Shown here: positions 29,622-40,233 of the stretch, in pieces
Layout: each line of letters starts with the position of its first letter
Position numbering within the stretch: position 1 is the stretch's first letter
Assembly: GCA_001805055.1 (NCBI GenBank)
Contig: MHDZ01000066.1
Span: forward strand, 4,904 to 63,619
Length of the DNA stretch: 58,716 bases
Direction: 5' to 3'
From: Nitrospirae bacterium GWC2_57_13
Lineage (GTDB): Bacteria > Nitrospirota > UBA9217
Position numbers and translations under genes: made by a program
Notes under the pieces: generated by a model
Database searches by the model: none
Seen by the model: only the letters and a program-made list of their open reading frames with translations
Told to the model about the DNA's origin: nothing

Positions 29622-31031
29622 ATGTTAAAAAATCTTTCCGCCATACCGCTTTTGCTGACGATCGCACTGTGCCCGCCTGCAGTCCTGCATGCGGCTTCTG
29701 CAGCGCTGGACAGCGCACCTGTCACAACCGAGCTGCCCTTTTTTCGTTCAGCCGGCGGTGCGGCGATCGTCAAGGGATCCTTCGCCACCCAGTATGCCAT
29801 CCGCGTGGCGGGCGTCTCCGGCAACCGCGATACGGACAATGACCTGCACGAACGGCTTCGCCTGGATGTGTACTCGCCGCAGCGCGATACAGGCTATGAG
29901 CTTCACTTTTTTGCCGCAGCATCGCAGGACCTTGACGGCGACCGGAATCGCACAGGCTTTTTCCCTCTCGAAGACATCAATGACGCTCGCGATTCCTGGT
30001 TCAGCGGATACGTATATGAAGCCCATTACGATCTGAACAGGCCGGCTCCCTATGTGACCCAACTTCGTATCGGCAGACAGGCAGGCACACGGGACGAGCC
30101 GGTGTTCTTTGACGGGATCGCCGCGGACCTTGCCCTCGGCTCCCTGATGAACATGACAGCATACGGCGGTGCGTCGGTCCATTTCTACGAGATCGACCAG
30201 GATTGGGGTTCGGACCTCCTCGGCGGAGCAGGGATCGATCTCCACCCCTTCCGGTCCACCATGCTGAGCCTGGATTATCTTCATGCAGAGGATGAGCGCA
30301 ATCTCGTTGGCACCTCCGACCAGGCTGATGAGCTGCTGTCGCTCAGGCTGCGCCAGCGTCTCGGACTCTTCACCAGGACCATGGTCGCCTACCGTTCCCT
30401 GAACGGCGAACCCCGCGACGTCAAGGCAAGGCTCCTGCAGTCCTTTCCGTCAGCTGATCTCGAGCTGAGCTTCACCTGGTTCCGGCAGTTCCGGGAACAG
30501 AACGAACTTTCGAACGAACTTTCTCCCTATTTCGACATTCTCGGAAGCTCCTTTCCCTATCAGACCTATGACGCAAAGATCAGGAAGGCCTTCGGCTCCC
30601 ACGTGGCCGTTGATCTTGGGTATTACAAACGGGAACTCCTGAAGGAACGTGTTGAGAATGCCTTTAACCGCGAATATGAACGGGCCTTTGCTGTTCTGCA
30701 ATTCTCCGACATCGTGAAGAAGGGCCTGTCGTTCTCTCTCACCGGGGACTGGTGGGAGACCCTTGATCGGGAATTCACCTCTGCCGGATTTGACGCTGAG
30801 TACCGTTTCGGAAAGGACCGGAAAAAAACCCGCCTCAACGCCGGGACCTACTACAGCCTCTACAAGTTCGACTATTATATTCTTCTTGGCGAGCGGGAGA
30901 AGGTGCGGACCTATTACGTGAAAGGCGGGACGCCGCTGACCACGTCAATATCACTCGATATATCCTATGAGTATGAGGACAGCATCGAAAATTACTCGGT
31001 TGCACGCATGGGGATGCGCTATGACTTTTAA
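29622..31031 (+). CDS. outer-membrane beta-barrel (porin of a porin-cytochrome conduit)
   Basis: Signal peptide; RIGRQ and FDG motifs; alternating amphipathic strands; C-terminal GMRYDF; coupled to cytochrome genes. Confidence 0.75.
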   Translation: MLKNLSAIPLLLTIALCPPAVLHAASAALDSAPVTTELPFFRSAGGAAIVKGSFATQYAIRVAGVSGNRDTDNDLHERLRLDVYSPQRDTGYELHFFAAASQDLDGDRNRTGFFPLEDINDARDSWFSGYVYEAHYDLNRPAPYVTQLRIGRQAGTRDEPVFFDGIAADLALGSLMNMTAYGGASVHFYEIDQDWGSDLLGGAGIDLHPFRSTMLSLDYLHAEDERNLVGTSDQADELLSLRLRQRLGLFTRTMVAYRSLNGEPRDVKARLLQSFPSADLELSFTWFRQFREQNELSNELSPYFDILGSSFPYQTYDAKIRKAFGSHVAVDLGYYKRELLKERVENAFNREYERAFAVLQFSDIVKKGLSFSLTGDWWETLDREFTSAGFDAEYRFGKDRKKTRLNAGTYYSLYKFDYYILLGEREKVRTYYVKGGTPLTTSISLDISYEYEDSIENYSVARMGMRYDF

Positions 31032-31611
31032 GGGAACTTCAAGATGCCAAACGCTCCTGCTGATGCTCGGCTTTGCATCGCTGTTCTGTTTCACGATGGC
31101 CGCATCGACCTGGGGCGAGGCGCCGGCAGGGTCCGGGGCAGATGCAAAGAAGATTCCCTTCCCCATGCCGAACTCTCACAAAGGCAACTGGCTCCAATAC
31201 CATGGCGCCTCAGCGGACCTCACCATGAACGAGGCCGACAGCAAGGGTAAGGCCTGCTATGTCTGCCATGAGCGGAATGAGTGCATGGAGTGCCACAATA
31301 CGACGATGCCGAAGGACCACACCAACACCTGGCGCACTCTGAGCCATGGTTTCCAGGCCGAGGGCAACCGCGACCGGTGCCAGAACTGCCACCGGCAGGA
31401 CTACTGTGTCCGCTGCCATAACGAGACGGCCCCGCGTACGCACACAGCCAACTGGCGGTCACGCCACTGCACCTGGTGTCATTATGGGTCGAGCCTTGCA
31501 CCTGACGACAACTGCGTGGTCTGCCATAAACAGGCGCTTCATACTTCGGCTCCTCTCGGTCACACAATAAGTCCTACTGTGACCTGCATTCAGGTTGGAT
31601 GTCACCAGTGA
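31021..31611 (+). CDS. periplasmic multiheme cytochrome c (6 CxxCH + 1 CX4CH)
   Basis: CYVCH, CMECH, CQNCH, CVRCH, CTWCH, CVVCH, CIQVGCH; HxxxWxxxH spacers. Start uncertain. Confidence 0.85.
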   Translation: MTFKGTSRCQTLLLMLGFASLFCFTMAASTWGEAPAGSGADAKKIPFPMPNSHKGNWLQYHGASADLTMNEADSKGKACYVCHERNECMECHNTTMPKDHTNTWRTLSHGFQAEGNRDRCQNCHRQDYCVRCHNETAPRTHTANWRSRHCTWCHYGSSLAPDDNCVVCHKQALHTSAPLGHTISPTVTCIQVGCHQ

Positions 31612-31864
31612 CAGGACTGCGGACTCATGTTACCTCAACCACAGACCGCTGGCTTGGTCATGAAAATCGCGCCGCATATCACGTTTCAGTTTCTTCGATG
31701 ATGCCTGATAAGCCTTGTTCTGCTATTGCTTTAGTAGCCATAAGTTGCTGAAAAGTGATAAAATACGGATAAGCGGATAAGTAAATACTAAGTAAATACA
31801 TAGAGGCCGAGACGTGACCATTATGTAGCAAAACATGTCACTCTGTAGTAAGGGGATTATCCAG

Positions 31865-33385
31865 ATGAATGTACGCGCTTTCATGCCAGTACTGCTCGCG
31901 ACGGCGGTATTCGGTTGCGGACCCGCGGAAGGTCCTGATGCGCTCACCAACAAGCAGGTAACGTCACCGCCTTCCAATTGCAATGCCGTATGCCATTCAG
32001 CCACAAGCATCATCTCGCCCGACCCGGTGATTACTAACGGATCAGGTTCCGCTGGAAAACATGTTGCTCATGTCTCAGACATTGGGTTCGATTGCGAAAA
32101 ATGTCATCTGGGCTATGATTCACAAATAACGCATATGAACCAGCAGCCCGAGACCGGCCCGGCTGTCACGCTCGTATACTTCGATTCAACCAATCCCCCA
32201 CCTGCGCTTTGGACGAAAATTCAAGGCCCTCCACGTACGGGAACTTGTTCGAACCTCGCATGTCATGGCACTGATACCCTCGACTGGTATGGGACCGACA
32301 CTTCATCTTACCAGGACTGCGTTACCTGTCATGCCTATGCGATCAGTTCACGCCGCCAGGTCGTCGGCGCTCAGGGTGACTTTGGCGGGAATTCCAGTAT
32401 TGCTTCGCATCATGTGAACGGCAGCGATCCTACCAATGCTCAGTGCCTGGTCTGCCATAACCAGTCAACGCATACTCAGGGTACGGTCAGGTTGCGTCAT
32501 GCAGACACCGGTGCAAGCATCGTCTATGATCCCGCGGACCTCACATCCCTCGAACCCTTTTGCCTGAGTTGCCATGACTCCAATGGAGCTGCGCTGACGA
32601 GCATAGGTCCATCGGCGTTCAGACCTTTTGCTGGATCCACACTTGGCCAGATACCTTACCTCGGCGGGACGCGCGTTGCTAGTGACTGGGGAAAGTCATA
32701 CGGTCACAACCAGAAAGGACTGACCTGCATGGGCAATGGAAGTCCCACTACAGGATGCCATGCAAACGGACACGGATCAAGCCATGTAGGAATTCTTGCA
32801 AGGAATATGACCCTTCCGGTACCAGCTGACAGGTACATCGAAAACGATTATGATCTGTGCCTCAACTGCCACAGTTCCTACACGGGCGTTCGCAAGGAGG
32901 ATATTTTCGGCGTGCGGTTTGGTGGCGCATATTACCGAGGGTATGGACCGGGGTTCAATTTTCCGCCTTATGACATCCCTTCAATCCACACAAAGTTCAG
33001 GGACCAGAACAACCGGGGGACTGGCTATCCCTATGATAACAGCAGTATCTATATAGACTTTTGGCTATGGGGTGCCAATTCGGTGAATTTGCACTGGGTG
33101 CATATTGCCTTGGACGTCTGGAATTACCGCGGCGCAGTGCCTTCTGGCGTCAGCTGTACCGCCTGTCACAATGTGCATGGAACAAACAATCCTTACGGCA
33201 TGACACACGATGAAATGGGATACCAGCATTATGTGGAAGTAAATGGTGACCAATATTCACAATTGAATTCTATAAGCCCGTACCTTCTTGACCTGCATCC
33301 CATGAACTGTACTTTTGGTTGCCACAAGCCAGTCGAGCCTGGATTTGGCCAAGCTTCAGCATGGTTCGAGTCGGCGAATGAATAA
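31865..33385 (+). CDS. outer-surface lipoprotein multiheme cytochrome c (about 10 hemes, some non-canonical)
   Basis: Lipobox VFGC; six CxxCH plus CNAVCH, CTFGCH, CSNLACH and CMGNGSPTTGCH. Confidence 0.85.
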   Translation: MNVRAFMPVLLATAVFGCGPAEGPDALTNKQVTSPPSNCNAVCHSATSIISPDPVITNGSGSAGKHVAHVSDIGFDCEKCHLGYDSQITHMNQQPETGPAVTLVYFDSTNPPPALWTKIQGPPRTGTCSNLACHGTDTLDWYGTDTSSYQDCVTCHAYAISSRRQVVGAQGDFGGNSSIASHHVNGSDPTNAQCLVCHNQSTHTQGTVRLRHADTGASIVYDPADLTSLEPFCLSCHDSNGAALTSIGPSAFRPFAGSTLGQIPYLGGTRVASDWGKSYGHNQKGLTCMGNGSPTTGCHANGHGSSHVGILARNMTLPVPADRYIENDYDLCLNCHSSYTGVRKEDIFGVRFGGAYYRGYGPGFNFPPYDIPSIHTKFRDQNNRGTGYPYDNSSIYIDFWLWGANSVNLHWVHIALDVWNYRGAVPSGVSCTACHNVHGTNNPYGMTHDEMGYQHYVEVNGDQYSQLNSISPYLLDLHPMNCTFGCHKPVEPGFGQASAWFESANE

Positions 33386-33398
33386 GGAATATTTGAAG

Positions 33399-35330
33399 AT
33401 GCAAACTGTCTATGAATTCATGCTGCGCACTTTCATGCCAATACTGCTCGCGACGGCGATATTCGGTTGCGGACCCGCGGAAGGTCCTGACGCGCTGTCC
33501 AACCGACACGCCTCCGCACCACCTTCCGGTTGCACTACCGCATGCCATTCAGCAGCAGGCTCAATCTCACCCAACCCGCTGATTACCAACGGATCAGGCG
33601 CCGATGGCAAGCATATCATCCATGTCAGTGGCAGGGGAATATTTTGTGACAAGTGCCATTTGAACTACGAGAACGAAGCGAGCCATTTCGATTCCAGCCT
33701 GGACACAGGAAGCGCGACGATCCCCCTGGTGCGCTTCGATAATGTGAACCCATCAGGTTCTTGGACCGTTGCAGCGGGGACGTGCTCTGCCCTCGCCTGC
33801 CATGGACCGGACACTGTTGACTGGTACGGGACGACACCCTGGATCAGACCGGCATGCTCGGCCTGTCATTCAACAGCAACGGCAACAAGGCGTCAGATTC
33901 AGGGCCCCAATGGCGATTTTGGCGCCAATGCCGCCATCATATCCCGACATGTATCGAACGTAGGCGACCCCGCTTCTGCACAATGCGAGGTCTGTCATGA
34001 GTTGTCCATGCATACATCAGGCTCGATTCTCGTGAAAAATGCCGATGCTGGTGTCAGCATACCCTATGACCCTTCCAATCCGTCATCCCTCGAACCCTTC
34101 TGCCTGAGCTGCCATGATTCCGACGGCGCAACATCGACATTTCTGGCGAGCGGGAGCGGAGCACCGCTGAATCCCTTCGATGACGGAAGAACATTGGGCA
34201 CTGCCCCGAATATTGCCGGCATATACATCAAGGACAGTTGGGAAAAACAGTACGGACACCGAAGAAAAGGGCTTACGTGCCTCGGCAACGGATTGCCGGG
34301 AACCGGATGCCACGGCAACTTCAATACGTTAACATCCACCGGCGCTGTCAACGGACATGGCTCCGGCAATGTGGGCCTCCTTTCGAATAAGTACGAATTG
34401 CCCATTCTATCTACAACCTGGAACGAGGCTCGTTACACGTTATGCGTAGATTGCCATTCAAGTTATCCCGCCTTCCCAACTATGACGGAATTATTTGGTG
34501 TTGCCGCGGGCGGAAACTACGCGCAACCTCAGGCGAATTATGGCCAGTGGCCCTATTCGATCAGTTTCATGCTCACCGGTTTTCACGACTATTATAGCTA
34601 TTCCATGGATCGCCAGTTCAATCTTCATCTGTATCACCTGATCGAAGGCATGGGCGGCTGGTCATACCGCGGCGTTGATGAGTCTATTTCCAGCTGTGTA
34701 ACGTGCCACAATGTCCACGGTGTTGACAACATGCATCATAACCTTTGGGATGAGTGGAATTTTTCCATTGAGAATATATCAGGGGTTGAATATGGCCGGG
34801 TGAACAAGACCGACATAGGTGGCGATTTTGGTTGCATCTGGGGCGTATTCTGCGGACCATCGATACCAACAAGTACCCCGATTTATCCTGAACTATGCGC
34901 TGTTAATTGCCATTGGGACGGAACATTCCGCTATCCGCGCTCACCCTTCAACGAAGCGCAAGCTGTAGCGTACAATACATCGGGAGGCGTTGGACTGGCA
35001 AATGGGGACAGCGTGGCCATCTATTTTTCCGATTCTACCAACGGCCCCGCCATCACCGAAGCGAACATCGACTCCGTACTGGCTCTGTCCGGCCCCCATA
35101 GCTGGATAGATAGCAACAAAGGCGGTTCTCCCGGCACCCTCACGGCAGCATGGTCGTCTGTGAACGGCAAGACTAACAACGTTCTTACGATAACGATATT
35201 TATTGCCAATAGCGGCGCGGGAGACCCGACGATAGCGGTCGGCGACACCATCACTTTTGATCTGACAACAATTATGGATGCAAACGGAACTGCCGTGAGA
35301 GGTAAGATGACATTGACAGGAAGTTTCTGA
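33399..35330 (+). CDS. paralogous lipoprotein multiheme cytochrome c (about 10 hemes) with C-terminal beta-rich domain
   Basis: Lipobox IFGC; same heme-motif order as 31865-33385; about 125-aa heme-free Thr/Gly-rich C-terminal extension. Confidence 0.85.
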   Translation: MQTVYEFMLRTFMPILLATAIFGCGPAEGPDALSNRHASAPPSGCTTACHSAAGSISPNPLITNGSGADGKHIIHVSGRGIFCDKCHLNYENEASHFDSSLDTGSATIPLVRFDNVNPSGSWTVAAGTCSALACHGPDTVDWYGTTPWIRPACSACHSTATATRRQIQGPNGDFGANAAIISRHVSNVGDPASAQCEVCHELSMHTSGSILVKNADAGVSIPYDPSNPSSLEPFCLSCHDSDGATSTFLASGSGAPLNPFDDGRTLGTAPNIAGIYIKDSWEKQYGHRRKGLTCLGNGLPGTGCHGNFNTLTSTGAVNGHGSGNVGLLSNKYELPILSTTWNEARYTLCVDCHSSYPAFPTMTELFGVAAGGNYAQPQANYGQWPYSISFMLTGFHDYYSYSMDRQFNLHLYHLIEGMGGWSYRGVDESISSCVTCHNVHGVDNMHHNLWDEWNFSIENISGVEYGRVNKTDIGGDFGCIWGVFCGPSIPTSTPIYPELCAVNCHWDGTFRYPRSPFNEAQAVAYNTSGGVGLANGDSVAIYFSDSTNGPAITEANIDSVLALSGPHSWIDSNKGGSPGTLTAAWSSVNGKTNNVLTITIFIANSGAGDPTIAVGDTITFDLTTIMDANGTAVRGKMTLTGSF

Positions 35331-35416
35331 TAGAACCGATGTTCATATACAGACATCAATTCAGCTTGGCAAGGTTGTACTCTCGAGGTATCTGAAGAAC
35401 AGTTACGATAAAACTC

Positions 35417-36142
35417 CTACAAAAACTGCAGCCCTGCCCTGTACATATCCTTTTTCTCGTCCACCATGCTCCAGCGCACAAGGCCGTAAGTGGTCTCGAT
35501 GTTCGCCACGGCGTTCTTGAAGATAAGCACCCGCCCCGGCTCAACAGCCGATTCGGTACGAATGCCGATGCCGGATTCGCTGAGATCAACGACCTGGGCC
35601 TTGATCTCTTGATGCGCGGGCCCCTCATTTCCGTGGTTCGTGAAAAACACCGCCGTCTTCGTGATAACCTCGCGCGAATGCTCCCGCTTGTCGCGCACGG
35701 CCCATCGGATCGGCGGGACCGCAGCTTCGGTGCTGATCGTTCCCTTCAACATCAGCTTTTTCACGACGGTCCGCACATAAAAAAGATCAAAGGGCTTGAC
35801 AAGCAGAAGAAATGCCTTTTCACCAATGGTCTTTTTTACGGAATCGTCGATCTCGTTGCCTGTCATGATGATCACCGTGGTGGAAGGCGATACCTGTCTG
35901 AGATGGTCGAGGATTTCCAGTCCGTCACTGTCGGGCAGGTAGAGATCAAGCAGGCAGATATCGTACCTGTCCCTGGCAATCTCCCGGAGCGCTTCGGCCC
36001 CGGTCATGGCGGTCCTCACCTCGGTGCGCTCATCCCTCAGCACCTCAGAAAGCGTATACAGGATCAGCGACTCGTCGTCGACGATGAGGATCTTCTTCGA
36101 CGCCCTGGGAACTAGTTGACTGTCAGCAGTTGAAGTCTCCAT
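35417..36142 (-). CDS. response regulator with C-terminal PilZ domain
   Basis: ILIVDDE, DLYLPD and KPF receiver motifs; REHSR and DLSESG match PilZ RxxxR and DxSxxG. Confidence 0.85.
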   Translation of the reverse strand: METSTADSQLVPRASKKILIVDDESLILYTLSEVLRDERTEVRTAMTGAEALREIARDRYDICLLDLYLPDSDGLEILDHLRQVSPSTTVIIMTGNEIDDSVKKTIGEKAFLLLVKPFDLFYVRTVVKKLMLKGTISTEAAVPPIRWAVRDKREHSREVITKTAVFFTNHGNEGPAHQEIKAQVVDLSESGIGIRTESAVEPGRVLIFKNAVANIETTYGLVRWSMVDEKKDMYRAGLQFL

Positions 36143-36328
36143 TATTATCATGATCCCTTGAGAAATCCAGATATACGGAAGCAATATTTATTCCCAGATA
36201 AGGCAACGGGGTGATATTGCAGTACTTTCCCCTACTTTTGTCCTCCCAGGTAATTACCAATGGGGTCAAATCACCCCACCTTAGGTGATATAACCTCCAC
36301 CGGGGCTGGCTGCAAGCCTACGATGCCA

Positions 36329-36417
36329 GTGGAGCCCCTCCAGCATCCCGACAGGCGGGACTACAACAACGCGACATCCCGCCGCAACCCCGCTGGAGCG
36401 GGATTGCGGCCGCAGGG
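36329..36417 (+). repeat. dispersed structured intergenic element, copy 2 of 3
   Basis: GTGGAGCCCC...ACAACAACGCGACATCCCGCCGCAACCCCGCTGGAGCGGGATTGCGGCCGCAGGG. Confidence 0.85.
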
Positions 36418-36540
36418 TCAGGTTCGCAGCACACAGGCCCTTTGCCAAGAGCGTTCGAATCGTATTATTATAGCATAAGATGGGACGATCCTGCCTGCTG
36501 AAGGCACGCAAAAAATAACCGCGCATGCTATACTGATCCT

Positions 36541-37797
36541 ATGTGCCGGGGGTCATTCAAATACTTCCTTCCGCTCAGAATTTTTTTCTTCAACCTGAGC
36601 ATGGTCATCCTTCTGATCATCGCTGCGATCTACCTCGGCATCTACTACCGCAGCAATAACCTGCTGCTTGAGACCGTGAAACAGCAGGCCGATTCCTACT
36701 TCGAACTGATCGTGATGACCCGGCTCTGGAATGCCCAGCATGCCGGTGTTTATGTGGAAAAAACAGGGGAGGTCAGATCGAATCCCTTTCTCCGGAAGCT
36801 CGGCATCGAACCCGATATCCGCTGCCAGGGCGGGAAGGTGCTGACCAGGCGAAATCCCACGGCAATGACAATGGAGTTAGCGCGCATCGCCGACCGAAAG
36901 CACGGGCTCCGGTTCAAGATCACGAGTCTCCACTTGCTGAATCCGGCGAATTCGCCCGACACTTTTGAACTGAAGGCCTTGCGGTCATTCCAGGCCGGGG
37001 AGACGGAGGCTTGGGAGATAGAACGCGAAAAGGGACAGGAGCCCCTGTTCAGATTCATGAAACCGTTGTATATCGAGGAACCCTGCCTCCTGTGCCACGG
37101 GGCCGCGGGATACCGGATCGGCGATATCCGCGGAGGGATCAGCGTCACGATCCCCTTCGCGAAGCACGACCAAGAGCTGCGGACGAACCAGTTGCTCATC
37201 TTCGCGCTCTCTGCGACGACGGTCGGGCTGCTGATCGGCGCTTTGTTTTTCATGACCCGCCATCTGGCCGTCAAGCTGGAGGGCGCCCAGGAGCGGCTGA
37301 AGCAGATATCGATCACCGACGATCTTACGGGGCTTCGGAACCGGCGCTATATCCTGGAGCGCCTGAACGAAGAATTCAAGCGCGCAAAGCGGTCCAGCCG
37401 GCCGCTCAGCCTGATCATGCTTGACCTCGACCACTTCAAGAGGATCAATGATGAATACGGCCATCCCTTCGGCGACCATGTGCTTGTCACTGTAGCTGAG
37501 CGCATCAAGGCCCATTTACGCGATTATGATCTGGTGGGAAGGTTCGGAGGGGAGGAATTCCTGGTGATTTCGCCGGAAGTCACCGTGCAGCAGTCCGTCG
37601 AGCTGGCGGAACGGATCCGGAATATGGTCAAGGGCAAGCCCATCGCCCTGAACGGCATTGAGGTGACCATGACGATCAGCGCCGGCCTGGCGTCACTTTC
37701 GTCGCAGGACGCTGATGCTGACGCGTTGATAGCCCGGTCCGACCAGGCGCTCTACCGGGCAAAGGAACAGGGTCGCGACCGTGTCGTGAGCCTCTGA
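36541..37797 (+). CDS. diguanylate cyclase with periplasmic heme-c (DUF3365/Tll0287-like) sensor
   Basis: Two TM helices; RFMKPL...CLLCH...GDIRGGIS; DDLTGLRNRR, DLDHFKRINDEYGH, GGEEF, RDYD I-site. Confidence 0.9.
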   Translation: MCRGSFKYFLPLRIFFFNLSMVILLIIAAIYLGIYYRSNNLLLETVKQQADSYFELIVMTRLWNAQHAGVYVEKTGEVRSNPFLRKLGIEPDIRCQGGKVLTRRNPTAMTMELARIADRKHGLRFKITSLHLLNPANSPDTFELKALRSFQAGETEAWEIEREKGQEPLFRFMKPLYIEEPCLLCHGAAGYRIGDIRGGISVTIPFAKHDQELRTNQLLIFALSATTVGLLIGALFFMTRHLAVKLEGAQERLKQISITDDLTGLRNRRYILERLNEEFKRAKRSSRPLSLIMLDLDHFKRINDEYGHPFGDHVLVTVAERIKAHLRDYDLVGRFGGEEFLVISPEVTVQQSVELAERIRNMVKGKPIALNGIEVTMTISAGLASLSSQDADADALIARSDQALYRAKEQGRDRVVSL

Positions 37798-37821
37798 ACA
37801 CAGCGACGCGCCGCAAATGGA

Positions 37822-38445
37822 TCATCCCTTCAATTTTTTAGCTATCTCCGCAACATGCTTGCCCTGGAAGCGCGCGATGGCCAGTTCGTTCTCGCTGGGC
37901 ATGCGCGACCCGTCTGGACCGGCTATGGTCGACGCGCCATAGGGCGTTCCACCCGATATCTCCTGCACGTTCATGAGGCGCTGTTCCGAATAGGGGACAC
38001 CGACGATGATCATGCCCTGGTGAAGCAGGGTGGTGTGAAAGCTCGTGATCGTTGTCTCCTGACCGCCATGCTGCGTGGCCGTAGACGTGAACACGCTGCC
38101 GACCTTCCCGATAAGCCCACCATTCATCCAGAGCCCTCCGGTCTGATCGAGAAAGTTCCGCATCTGGGCGCACATATTCCCGAACCGCGTCGGCGTCCCG
38201 AAGATAACAGCATCCGCATCCGCCAGCCCGTCAACTGTCGCGGTCGGGACCTGGCTGAATGCTTTCCGCGCCGCTGCGGCGCCCGACTCCTCAAGGACAT
38301 TCTTTGGGACAAGCTCCGGCACCTGGTACAGGGCCGCCTCGACGCCGGCAACGGACCTCGCTCCTTCCGCCACCGCCTCGGCCATCCGGTATACGTGGCC
38401 GTACATGCTGTAAAAAACGACCTGGAGCTTCACGTTCCCCTTCAT
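37822..38445 (-). CDS. wrbA: NAD(P)H:quinone oxidoreductase WrbA
   Basis: [31 protein letters not shown]. Confidence 0.93.
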   Translation of the reverse strand: MKGNVKLQVVFYSMYGHVYRMAEAVAEGARSVAGVEAALYQVPELVPKNVLEESGAAAARKAFSQVPTATVDGLADADAVIFGTPTRFGNMCAQMRNFLDQTGGLWMNGGLIGKVGSVFTSTATQHGGQETTITSFHTTLLHQGMIIVGVPYSEQRLMNVQEISGGTPYGASTIAGPDGSRMPSENELAIARFQGKHVAEIAKKLKG

Positions 38446-38717
38446 GCGGCGCTCCTTCCGAAGGTCTCCTTCTCATCGAAATTCCTGATGAACTGCGCGA
38501 CCTGCACGCCGAGATAGACGCACTTAATGCCGTTCATGCACTCATCAGCGTCCTTTTTCTCGAGATGGGTGGTGAGCTCAGCGTTCTTTCTCCGGAAGGT
38601 GACAAGGTATGCGTCCTTCTCGGCGCTGAATGAAATTTCGACACCCAGGTCGTGCTTACTGATTTCCGGGTGCATTTCAAGGATCTTCTCTTTTAGTGAT
38701 TCCAGCGTGTATGCCAT
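38442..38717 (-). CDS. conserved hypothetical protein
   Basis: AAGGAGG RBS; overlaps wrbA start (ATGA); [17 protein letters not shown] motif. Confidence 0.75.
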   Translation of the reverse strand: MAYTLESLKEKILEMHPEISKHDLGVEISFSAEKDAYLVTFRRKNAELTTHLEKKDADECMNGIKCVYLGVQVAQFIRNFDEKETFGRSAA

Positions 38718-38783
38718 GACAACCTCCTTTCGAACTTATCGGCCGAAACGGGGCCGGCTCACGAGAGAGGCCGCGCTGCTGCG

Positions 38784-39275
38784 CTAGCCTTCAACGATGG
38801 TGTGCTCCTTCCACATGAACCAGCTGCCCGTGTCGGACAGAAAAGAATAGGTGTTCGCAAAGATCTTATAATGCTGCTTTTCTTCTTCAATCAGGCGGCG
38901 AAACAGCGCTTTTTCCTTCTCCGTCTTTGCCCCGGCGAGCGACTTCTCATAGAATGCCGCACCCTCTGATTCCATCTTCATGGCGATCTTGAAGGCCTCC
39001 AGTTCGTCCGTCGTCGCCTCGACCTTCTGCATCATTTCATCCTTCATCTCCTCGAAAACGGTCTTGATCTTCTTGAGGGGACTGACGTCCTGCGCCGACA
39101 CATCCAGCCCCTTGATGATCTGCGAGATCATCTCGAGGTGACGCTTCTCGTCATCCACGATAGTGAGGAACATCTTCTTGCCTGCGGGATATTTCGTCTT
39201 CTGGGACGCTTCCGAGTAGAATTTTATCGCATCAGTTTCCATTTTCCTGGCGATCTCAAGTGCGTTCATGCTCAT
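38784..39275 (-). CDS. ferritin/rubrerythrin-like diiron protein
   Basis: Two E..A..FY...EExxH repeats (DEKRH, EEKQH). Confidence 0.88.
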   Translation of the reverse strand: MSMNALEIARKMETDAIKFYSEASQKTKYPAGKKMFLTIVDDEKRHLEMISQIIKGLDVSAQDVSPLKKIKTVFEEMKDEMMQKVEATTDELEAFKIAMKMESEGAAFYEKSLAGAKTEKEKALFRRLIEEEKQHYKIFANTYSFLSDTGSWFMWKEHTIVEG

Positions 39276-39642
39276 CTCCTTTGTCGGTCTTTAGTAGCAC
39301 GAGTATGCCTTACCTTCCACTATTTAAAGTGTACCCTATTCTCCCCAAGAATGCAATTTCGCCCGACGAATACCGGACGCGCTTTATCCTTTTATTGATA
39401 TATACCCTTAGTCAGGTACGATTCAAATTCTTCTCACCCTGGCAGGAAAAAACCTTTTTTGACTCTGATGTACGCTGATTGAGGTATGAAGAATCCTCAT
39501 TTTTCATGGAGGTTAATCCGCCGTTATCCGCGTCAAAGGTTTTTACTTTTTTGATTCCCCGAACCTTATTTTTAAAATAGGGTGCGGGGCTTGTCCGGGT
39601 TAGGATGAGAATCGTTCTGAAACAGAGGCCCTTCCGGTGAAA

Positions 39643-40023
39643 CTAATGCGCGCAGCCCCCACCCGCGTCATGGCCGCCGCAGCAGCCCTGGACCGAGAAC
39701 TCAGACAGCTTCTTCGTTGAAAAGAGCAGCACGTTCTCGCCAATGTTCTCTGCCTGGGAACGATAGACCCGTATCCCTGACTGGTTCAGACGGGTAAGTG
39801 CGCCCGCACCGATGCCGCCCACCACAATAGCGTCCACGTTCTGGCCATCAAGGGCCTTGATCGGATTGCAGGCACCATGGGCATGATGCTCGTCCTTATT
39901 GTTGATGATCGAGACCGCATTCGTCTCCGTATCGACGACGACAAACATCGGCGCCGAACCAAAATGGTTGTATACCTTGCTTTCGATGCCTTCGTTTGTC
40001 TGGACCGGGAAGCATACCTTCAT
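39643..40023 (-). CDS. NifB/NifX-family Fe-Mo cluster-binding protein
   Basis: HFGSAPMF, HAHGAC, GGIGAGA, C-terminal Cys/His tail. Confidence 0.85.
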   Translation of the reverse strand: MKVCFPVQTNEGIESKVYNHFGSAPMFVVVDTETNAVSIINNKDEHHAHGACNPIKALDGQNVDAIVVGGIGAGALTRLNQSGIRVYRSQAENIGENVLLFSTKKLSEFSVQGCCGGHDAGGGCAH

Positions 40024-40233
40024 TGTAATTCCTCCTTTGATTGAATATCAGATCGTCGTGACAACGGTAGTTGGACGCTGATTTGCTTGGATAAACGCAG
40101 ATAAAATCGCGACTCCTTATCGAAAGACAATTCACCGTTAGGATAAGGATTTTGCCGATGGAAACTTGAAATTACTTGCCAGCCTTTATCAGATGTTCCT
40201 GATTTTATCCGCATCCAAATGCTTTTTTCAGGA

